A stretch of DNA of 64,000 nt from an uncultured bacterium (GTDB lineage Bacteria; Babelota; Babeliae; Babelales; Babelaceae). Made by a program: the position numbers and the translations under genes. Under the pieces are notes generated by a model. The model was not told the DNA's origin. It was given only the letters and a program-made list of their open reading frames with translations, and searched no databases. The stretch spans positions 672,001-736,000 of the forward strand of contig CAVRKK010000002.1 in the NCBI GenBank assembly GCA_963722385.1. The letters are read 5' to 3'. Of the stretch, positions 57,113-64,000 are shown in pieces; position 1 is the stretch's first letter; each line of letters starts with the position of its first letter.

Positions 57113-57871
57113 CTAGATGCCCAGTAATAATTTTGTGAGTGGTGGGCCTATGAGTACATAGCTGATTGCTCCAAGCGCCAGGAGCGGACCGAAGGGTATG
57201 CGTACTTGCATGACCGAAGCCTTACTGGTACGAGCCGTGAGAAGGTACCAAAGCGCGATTACCATTCCTGCCACTGACCCGATGACGAGCGAAAGCCAAG
57301 CGCCAATAATACCTGTAAACGCGCCGATTAAGGCAAGCAGATCAAGGTCGCCAAGCCCGAGCCCCTCTTTGCCCTTTCGTAGCCAAAAGAGCTTCCGAAT
57401 CGACCATAACAAGCCGTAGCCAAACAGCGTTCCCCCAATGCTTGCTAATGGCGCTAGCGGCAAGAGCCCTAAAAGGCTGCATATGACGGCAACGGGAATG
57501 ATATAGAGGGTTGCGGCGCGCAATATTACCATTTGCTCAAGGTCTGTTCGTATGCTTACTATAAGTGCTGAAAACAAAATCGCATAAGCAAAAAAGAAAT
57601 GATGATCAACCCGTACCCAAAGCAAGGTCAAACTGATGGCGCATAGGAGCTCAATTAAGGGGTAAAGCCATGAAATGGGCGCTCTACACGAACGACAACG
57701 CCCGCGCAGTGTAATCCATGAGATTATGGGGATTAGGTCGTAGACGGCCAAGGTCTTTTCGCAATGGGGACAAAAAGAACGCTTGATAGCCCAGGAATAA
57801 CCATAAAGCCCACGAAACGCTATTACGTTTAAAAATGACCCCCAGCATAAGGCTGCGAAAAATACTCCAAT
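57113..57871 (-). CDS. pilD: type IV prepilin peptidase (A24), apparently with a non-canonical start codon
   Basis: In-frame GSFLNV...RSFCPHC...YDLIP...GRCRSC, TD and GLGD motifs. The frame is open up to a stop at 57890-57892. Confidence 0.88.
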   Translation of the reverse strand: MGVFFAALCWGSFLNVIAFRGLYGYSWAIKRSFCPHCEKTLAVYDLIPIISWITLRGRCRSCRAPISWLYPLIELLCAISLTLLWVRVDHHFFFAYAILFSALIVSIRTDLEQMVILRAATLYIIPVAVICSLLGLLPLAPLASIGGTLFGYGLLWSIRKLFWLRKGKEGLGLGDLDLLALIGAFTGIIGAWLSLVIGSVAGMVIALWYLLTARTSKASVMQVRIPFGPLLALGAISYVLIGPPLTKLLLGI

Positions 57872-58242
57872 TACGATGATGAGTCCGCCTTAATCTTTTC
57901 GAAGAGCTCCTCAAGGGCTTGATGCTTTTCAAAAAGCGTATCGTATTTAAACATAAGCTCTGGCGTGTAACGCCGATTAAGCTGCTCTGCAAGAGCTTTG
58001 CGCAGTGACGGCCGATACAGCTTGAGCACTTCCAAAATTTTATCAAATGCGGCCTCGCCGCCCGGCGTATAGAAAAAGACGGTAGCTATTTTGCCATCAG
58101 GAGAAAGCTGGACCCGATGAGGGAAGATCCCCTCAAGGCGCGAATCATCCAAAGCAGCCTGGCGAAAAAGCTCAGCAACGGAATGCAAGAGCTGCTTTTC
58201 GCGCTGAGATTGCTTTATTGTCTTAACTGGAGGCGTTGACAT
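57871..58242 (-). CDS. rbfA: ribosome-binding factor A
   Basis: VQLSPDGKIATVF and LNRRYTPELMFKYD. Confidence 0.92.
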   Translation of the reverse strand: MSTPPVKTIKQSQREKQLLHSVAELFRQAALDDSRLEGIFPHRVQLSPDGKIATVFFYTPGGEAAFDKILEVLKLYRPSLRKALAEQLNRRYTPELMFKYDTLFEKHQALEELFEKIKADSSS

Positions 58243-58257
58243 GATACTCGGTAGTTA

Positions 58258-58491
58258 TTAGATAATGTGATGCGCAGCCATACGAAGTAAGTTTTGCTTA
58301 ATGGCGCGCATAAGCTTCTTGCGGCGCTTTTGAGCATGAGACTCGTGATACACGATGCGCTTCATATCACGGACTATTCCCTCGCGCTCCGTTTTTTTCT
58401 TAAATTGTCGTAGCGCTCGTTCAACTTTTTTCTCGTCGAGACTATCGTTAATGACGACAACGATGTTACCTTTGTGGTTATGAGAAGCCAT
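58258..58491 (-). CDS. rpsU: 30S ribosomal protein S21
   Basis: ERALRQFKKKTEREGIVRDMKR..YHES...KRRKK. Confidence 0.88.
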   Translation of the reverse strand: MASHNHKGNIVVVINDSLDEKKVERALRQFKKKTEREGIVRDMKRIVYHESHAQKRRKKLMRAIKQNLLRMAAHHII

Positions 58492-58577
58492 AATAGTTGT
58501 TTATGTCCTTTCTTAATAGTACGATCTATTTCCTGCTCTTTATCTTTATTGTATAGTTTCTCTGCTGTCATGTCCAG

Positions 58578-60209
58578 TTAAAAGAATATATTGAAAGATC
58601 CCAAGACCGTTGTTGATCGATACCCATTTTGCTGAAACAGGGGGATCTGCCATACAATGCCGAGCATTATATTAGGGGAAATCTCGTAATTAAGGGCGCC
58701 GTTAATGATATGTATCCTAAATTCAGATTCGTTGTGGAGCTTTTTCGTCAAAATCCGGCGCTTGTGTCGTTCATGGTGCTTATGGTGGTTTTTCTTATGG
58801 GGAACTACCATAATTCCCTCACTTGATGAGCCTCTGGTAGGCCGCTCATCGATCGAGACTACGTCAAAGTCATCTTTGTCATGATTGATGACCATGTACT
58901 GTACATAGGCTGAAAACCGGTCGAGAAATCGATAGGCATTAAGGTATGCTGCAAAGTGCCAGTTAAAGCCCGGTTGTACTCGCATGGTGGTAAGTTCAGG
59001 GAAGACCCCTGATTGCAGTTCATTGGTAGGCGCGGGGAATTTTGTGTGAACTTTTGGCGCAAATCCGGTAATACCCCAATCGCCGCCTATTTCAAATGCG
59101 TCGACAAAGTCAAAGGTGACGCCCGCGCGGCCGCCATATGACCAGTGGCCATCATTGCCAAAGGGCAAGGCGAACAGGTTGTTGTGGCGCATTTGTTTAC
59201 CGCTTGGGATGGTAAAGCCAAATGAGGCAAATGGCGTAATGACCGTGAATGGCCAGTCGCATCTATCCTTATTAATGGGGTACATGCGTGCCCAGTTAAG
59301 ATCTACCTCTATATCCTCAAAGCCAGTCTTGCTAAAAGGCGCCGGGGTAAGTAAATTCTCATCGATATCAAGGCCGAGAAGCCGTTCTAATTTTTGCTTT
59401 TGGTTAATAATCCGGTCCATGACAAGCCCTTTACAAAGGCAGTTTGGGATGTTTATGCAGCAGTCTGCATTGACGCATATGTTGTCGGTATCAGAAAACG
59501 GTTCAACGTCACTGACAATACTGCAGCACGTTGACGTTGCACTTGGGCATGGCATATCTTGTAAGCCAGCTGGGGTTGTACAGTTGCGAACGGGGCACGT
59601 TTGGCCACTGGCAGTACAAGAAAAGTCGATAAAGTCTGGCTCTTGGAAAATGTGGGAAACGCCGCCACTGATCTGTATGGTAAAGTCGCAGGGCAGGCCT
59701 ATTTCTGCCTCGAGGCGAGACCCGTATTTTCTGTATAAGATAGGTACGGAAAGGAAGCCGAAATTCATTTCACGATCAATGCCTGCCGGTTCAGTTAACA
59801 AGTTAACGCCGAGATCAGTTTGGCATGCAGTCACGGTATTGGAAGTATCCAGATCAAGCCCACGAATGAGCTGTTTTCGCTTGTGCGGGTCGTAGAATGG
59901 CCCGAGCATGTTCCATCGGCCTTTTAGGTCTCCGAGCTCGGCATCTTCAAATTCGGTGAGGTCGCCGCCAGCTACTGCTGATTGTCGAAACACAGAAAAT
60001 GAAACACGTAAGTTGTCGTTGCATGATTCTTCGCAATAATCCTCGAGCTCATTGCGCCGGCTACGTGTCAAGAAATCATAAGGGTCATTGGTAGAATAAA
60101 GAGGATAGGGATCGTTATTGGTCAACCTCGTTAAAGCAACAGCTTCTAACGATTGGCATACCAGCAGTATGAGTACAATAAGGCAGTATTTTACGAGCCG
60201 TGCTAACAT
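58578..60209 (-). CDS. putative outer-membrane beta-barrel protein with Cys-rich and His-rich insertions
   Basis: Signal peptide, C-terminal VLGSFNIFF and GNDGH motif. Paralog of 39435-41069. Confidence 0.6.
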   Translation of the reverse strand: MLARLVKYCLIVLILLVCQSLEAVALTRLTNNDPYPLYSTNDPYDFLTRSRRNELEDYCEESCNDNLRVSFSVFRQSAVAGGDLTEFEDAELGDLKGRWNMLGPFYDPHKRKQLIRGLDLDTSNTVTACQTDLGVNLLTEPAGIDREMNFGFLSVPILYRKYGSRLEAEIGLPCDFTIQISGGVSHIFQEPDFIDFSCTASGQTCPVRNCTTPAGLQDMPCPSATSTCCSIVSDVEPFSDTDNICVNADCCINIPNCLCKGLVMDRIINQKQKLERLLGLDIDENLLTPAPFSKTGFEDIEVDLNWARMYPINKDRCDWPFTVITPFASFGFTIPSGKQMRHNNLFALPFGNDGHWSYGGRAGVTFDFVDAFEIGGDWGITGFAPKVHTKFPAPTNELQSGVFPELTTMRVQPGFNWHFAAYLNAYRFLDRFSAYVQYMVINHDKDDFDVVSIDERPTRGSSSEGIMVVPHKKNHHKHHERHKRRILTKKLHNESEFRIHIINGALNYEISPNIMLGIVWQIPLFQQNGYRSTTVLGSFNIFF

Positions 60210-60272
60210 TACTATCCTTTCTCATCGCTCCGAATTTGCTGTGTTTACGTATAGCATCTTTGAGCAAGAACC

Positions 60273-61448
60273 TCAACTGATCATGTGCTGCCAAATTCCT
60301 TCAAGGGCGTATAGGCACATGATTACGGCGCTTGCGATGCCAGCTCTTGCTATCCAGCGTTCTTTGGCCGTGCTTGGCATAAGATTGGCAGCAAGTGGCC
60401 AAATTGCGCTTGCAAGAGGAATAATTATACAAAGCGCTGCTCCATTAAAGAAGAGATCGATGCTCTTAAAAAAGACGCTCATTACCGCCACCGCTACGGT
60501 GAGGCCGATAACCGCCTGGTTGGTAGTGATTTTAAAAGGCAGCGCGGATAGCCCCGAAAGCGAGTGAACGAGGGACCCAAGTGACCATAAGAGAGCATGG
60601 ATAGTGCCCATAATGGTGATAATGATTGCGCAGATAATAAAGGTGATGAGCCATGAGTATTCGGGAAACAAGGCGTACAAGAAATCGGAAAGCGAACCGC
60701 CCTTGAGAACGAGTGCTCGTGGGATGCCTAAAAAGGTTGATGCTACGAACGTGATATATATTGCGCTTACCGCTATGATTGACCAGGTTATCGCTCGCGG
60801 GACAACACGTTCAGGTTTGTCGACCAGTGCGTGGAGTGCGGTAACTGCTTCGAAGCCAAAAAAGCCAAAAATAACCACTTTGGTTGCTCGTAAGATCGAA
60901 TTGGGGCCATAGGGTAAAAATGGGCTTAAGTTGCTAATTTTCGCCTTCGTAAAGCAGAGTATTGTTATAATAACCAGGGGTAAAATGGTGAGTGCTATCA
61001 ATACTATTTGCCCACTATGTAGAATGCGCGTGCCCATGAGTAATGATGCTGCGAGCGAGAGAAGCGCAACCATCGATAAAAATACAGCCGATATGTTGGG
61101 GAAAAGCGTATGAAGGTATAATCCTGTCATGCGCGTTAAGAGGCCCATGGCGACGGCAACCCCTGCTATATATAACAATGCTGCGGCGAGACCAAGCGAT
61201 TTGCCACCCCAAGCGGCAACGTAGGCGTAGAAAGAGCCTTCGTGAGGATAATATTGGGCAACGCGGGCAAGAGAATAGGCGATGGACCAAATGGCTCCAA
61301 TGACAAAAAAGTACGTGAGGATGGCGGCCGGGCCGACGGTACGCTGTAGTTGTTCAGGGATCATAAAGACCCCAGCCCCGATCATGGCATTCATCCCAAC
61401 AATGATGGCCATCGCAAGGCCCATTTTTTTATCGTTATTCGTCGTCAT
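60273..61448 (-). CDS. APC-family amino acid permease
   Basis: NAMIGAGVF, EGSFYAYV and FGFFGFEA motifs, with about 11-12 TM segments. Confidence 0.9.
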   Translation of the reverse strand: MTTNNDKKMGLAMAIIVGMNAMIGAGVFMIPEQLQRTVGPAAILTYFFVIGAIWSIAYSLARVAQYYPHEGSFYAYVAAWGGKSLGLAAALLYIAGVAVAMGLLTRMTGLYLHTLFPNISAVFLSMVALLSLAASLLMGTRILHSGQIVLIALTILPLVIITILCFTKAKISNLSPFLPYGPNSILRATKVVIFGFFGFEAVTALHALVDKPERVVPRAITWSIIAVSAIYITFVASTFLGIPRALVLKGGSLSDFLYALFPEYSWLITFIICAIIITIMGTIHALLWSLGSLVHSLSGLSALPFKITTNQAVIGLTVAVAVMSVFFKSIDLFFNGAALCIIIPLASAIWPLAANLMPSTAKERWIARAGIASAVIMCLYALEGIWQHMIS

Positions 61449-61507
61449 TAGTTTTTTCTCGTATACTAAAATTAAGATTAAGCAGCTTGTGAGCTATAGG
61501 AAATTGT

Positions 61508-61762
61508 ATGATGTATTGCGCTTATTATCAAGGATATGTTGTTAAAGAGCAGACGTGGTTTTTAGTGGCAGTGTTGCGAAGTTACGAGCACCTCGCGTTT
61601 GACAGAACATTTGATAAGCAAAGAGGGCTTTTCGAATTTTTTGTGCCAGTGGAGCTTGAGCATTTCTTGGTTACGTTGCTTGGTCATATGCGCGAGCTCG
61701 GTGTGGTCTCAAGCTTTGTTAAGCTTCCTAATCGTTTGCTTGATCCCAGCGAAAAAGTTTGA
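61508..61762 (+). CDS. small hypothetical protein (DUF4911-like)
   Basis: LRSYEHLAFDRTFD...FEFFVP pattern. Confidence 0.6.
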   Translation: MMYCAYYQGYVVKEQTWFLVAVLRSYEHLAFDRTFDKQRGLFEFFVPVELEHFLVTLLGHMRELGVVSSFVKLPNRLLDPSEKV

Positions 61763-61776
61763 AGTGCTTATGCTCT

Positions 61777-62266
61777 AACGCCTACGCGGCGGGCGCGATT
61801 ACGCATCGAGCGGCAGGGCGGCGGCCCTGCACCCATTGATTTGGCATCTGTCACTATCTTGCTATATTCTTTTTTTCTTCCAATGCCATAACCATGCGGG
61901 GCGCATGATTACGGCAACCGCAATTCTCCTCATGGAGAATAGATTCTTTTCTTTGCAGTAATCTCTCTATCCAAACCCTTAATAAATAAAAATCTGATGA
62001 GGCCCTCCGTAGTGGCCCGGCGCATCCTGCCGGGATGCAAGGACAAATTAGGCGGAGTAGCGCCTAATTTGTCCGAAGTAGCTCTTCTGTTAGAAGAGCG
62101 AAAAACGTAGGCGGAAGGGGCCGCTTGGATGGAGATCCAAAGGAACGGTGGCGTGGGGTGCATGACATAAACATGCGAAGTAACGCATGTTTTGTCCAGA
62201 GCAGCCTTCGAAAGAAGGCGATTAGCGTAGGTCGCAAGCATGCCTGCCGCCCGCCGCGGAGGCGTT
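61777..62266 (+). repeat. structured intergenic element, copy 6 (subtype A)
   Basis: 19-bp terminal inverted repeat AACGCCT(A/C)CGCGGCGGGCG. The central 300 bp match copies 4 and 5. Confidence 0.92.
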
Positions 62267-62314
62267 TTGTTGTGGCGGCAGCTTTGAAGATACGGTCTAA
62301 CTTAATCGATTCAG

Positions 62315-62770
62315 CTACTCAAGATCATCATGCTCAATCTTGAGCTCGCCATCCTGATTTATGGTCAAAAAGTCTGGATCACCATCACCATCAATATCCC
62401 CGGCGGCACCTATCTTAAAAGCCTGCCCTTGCGCGAAGGTTCCTTTAAGCGCGCCAGCAGGCGCTTTTAACGCACCCGTTAAAAAATTTTTTTTCTCCGA
62501 GCCTTTACTAAACCCATACGTATATTGTAACTGCCCGTCGGCCTTCCAGCCCAAACTGTGGGGGCCCATTATGTTTGACGTGTAAACGCCATGCTCAGCA
62601 TAATAAGCCTTTTGAGCAATATACAGTGCACGCAATTGCGTATAAGCCTCAGCCCTCTTGGCTTTAGCAAAAAATCGCATAAAATTGGGCAGCGCAATCA
62701 TTGATAAAAAAGCAACAAGCGCAAGAACAATCATAAGCTCAATCAAAGTGAACCCGCTAGCTTTTTCCAT
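62315..62770 (-). CDS. type IV pilin-like protein
   Basis: Prepilin cleavage/methylation motif G|FTLIELMIV, with a C-terminal DIDGDGDPD Ca-binding-like loop. Confidence 0.9.
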   Translation of the reverse strand: MEKASGFTLIELMIVLALVAFLSMIALPNFMRFFAKAKRAEAYTQLRALYIAQKAYYAEHGVYTSNIMGPHSLGWKADGQLQYTYGFSKGSEKKNFLTGALKAPAGALKGTFAQGQAFKIGAAGDIDGDGDPDFLTINQDGELKIEHDDLE

Positions 62771-63094
62771 ATATCTTCCCCAACAAAGCGCATACATATG
62801 CTAAGCATTTATCATAACGTCTTTTAAACACAACGCAATAGGCGGAAAAAGCATTTTTTACGAGATGCGAACTTTGCGAATTTTTATGCAAAAACACAAA
62901 GAACTCAGATTTGGCATGGTATTACGAGGCCGTTAGTCTCGACTTTTGCAAATTTATATGACAATTTGATAATTTAAAAAATGATTCACTGTAAAACTAA
63001 TTTTTCTTTGACATTTTAAGAAATATCGTTACATTATTCAAAGACAAGGTACGTTTTAACCAATACTTAAAGCATGCAGAGACGGAGATATAGC

Positions 63095-64000
63095 ATGATG
63101 GATACCATTAAGCAAACGCTTAGCAAGGGGATTCTGGGTGCAAACAAGCAGCGCACATACACAGAAATAATCGATTTTCTTGATAAACGTTGGTCGATTC
63201 CCCAGGACAAAAACAGCCTAGAGCGCGTAAAGGCTCTTGATGCAGCATTTGACCATCCCTCGCAAAAATTACCGGTTATTCTGGTGGCTGGCACAAATGG
63301 CAAAAGCTTAACGATTCACTTTACTGCTCAATTGCTCAAGACAGAAGGACTTAAGGTGGGAACCTTTTATGCGCCGCACATCTTGACCTATAATGAGCGC
63401 TTTGCCATTAACCATGAAATAATTACCAACAAGAGTTTTGCGGAAATAGCCAATGAGGTTATCAATACCGCGGAGAGCCTGGAGCTCAAGACTGGATCGC
63501 AAGAGCTTTTGACTATTATGGCGCTCGAGTATTTTATTCAGCAAAAAGTAGACGTTGCCGTGCTTGAGGTTGAGCAGGGGGCTCTTTACAATCCTGTTTC
63601 AATCTGCGCGCCTAAAATTGTAACCATTACTCGTGTGACGCCGCATGACATAGCAGTTGACGACAAGAAGCTCGAAGACATGACCCGCGAAACGATGAGC
63701 CTCGTCAAAAAAGGGACCCACGTTATTTCTGGCGATCAGAGCAAGACGCACTTGCATATTATGCAAGAGCTCACGGAGAACTTGCAAGCACAATGGGCAA
63801 TGCCTATTCGTAAACTCGCTGCGCTCGGCTATCCTTTTGAGCAACTGCATGGCCGCTGTGCCGCGTTAGCTGAAAGAACAGCGCAAATTTTCGTTGAAAA
63901 AGTATTAGCGCGCAATGCGACCCTCGTTATGGATAGCATCTTAACCAAGCAAAAAGGGCAGCGCGGTAGGCCGACTATCGAAGAAAAAAGAAGAGCTGAG
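63095..64000 (+). CDS. folC: FolC-like folylpolyglutamate synthase / Mur-ligase fold (runs off the window end)
   Basis: Open frame not in the ORF track because no stop falls inside the window. ILVAGTNGKS, PHILTYNERF and VDVAVLEV motifs. Confidence 0.85.
   Translation, partial: MMDTIKQTLSKGILGANKQRTYTEIIDFLDKRWSIPQDKNSLERVKALDAAFDHPSQKLPVILVAGTNGKSLTIHFTAQLLKTEGLKVGTFYAPHILTYNERFAINHEIITNKSFAEIANEVINTAESLELKTGSQELLTIMALEYFIQQKVDVAVLEVEQGALYNPVSICAPKIVTITRVTPHDIAVDDKKLEDMTRETMSLVKKGTHVISGDQSKTHLHIMQELTENLQAQWAMPIRKLAALGYPFEQLHGRCAALAERTAQIFVEKVLARNATLVMDSILTKQKGQRGRPTIEEKRRAE

Noticed and set aside
57684..58046. pilD as a frameshifted pseudogene, using the overlapping 120-aa ORF
   Set aside because: The conserved PilD N-terminus is in the same frame as the rest of the gene. 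Only a standard start codon is missing.
59116..59895. 259-aa plus-strand ORF and other long antisense ORFs (e.g. 32209-32628, 56187-56714)
   Set aside because: They are shadows of well-supported genes or repeats on the opposite strand and have no recognisable motifs.
1..64000. CRISPR array or cas genes
   Set aside because: I saw no regularly spaced short direct repeats and no Cas-like ORFs.

Overview
This is a 64 kb bacterial chromosomal window. It most likely comes from an obligate intracellular parasite of protists in Candidatus Dependentiae (TM6/Babeliae). That assignment is an inference from the many signal-peptide-bearing hypotheticals and ankyrin proteins, the fused Ddl-Ddl, the split atp operon and the lineage-style outer-membrane proteins. 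Bases 1-12.5 kb are a glycan-modification cluster: five GT4-like glycosyltransferases, an ankyrin-GT2 fusion, a sulfotransferase, two methyltransferase-like proteins and two Gmd. Almost every enzyme there has an N-terminal signal peptide or anchor. The rest is mostly housekeeping genes (ruvA, mnmE, RNase E/G, gatB, aspS, recD2, atpE/F/H/A, hspR-htpX, gltX, rbfA, rpsU, folC, tRNA-Gly, tRNA-Arg) mixed with candidate effectors, HicAB and pilus genes. Four unexplained signals stand out. (1) A 267-nt minus-strand RNA at 31733-31999 has a near-consensus sigma70 promoter and keeps tmRNA helix 2 plus the four-pseudoknot ring, but lacks both the T-arm/D-loop and the tag-coding region. (2) A 360-600 bp highly structured, covarying intergenic element is present in six copies. 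(3) The glycosylation pathway appears to be exported. (4) A dif-like 11-6-11 site lies directly upstream of a lone tyrosine recombinase. All calls come from reading the sequence; no database searches were run.
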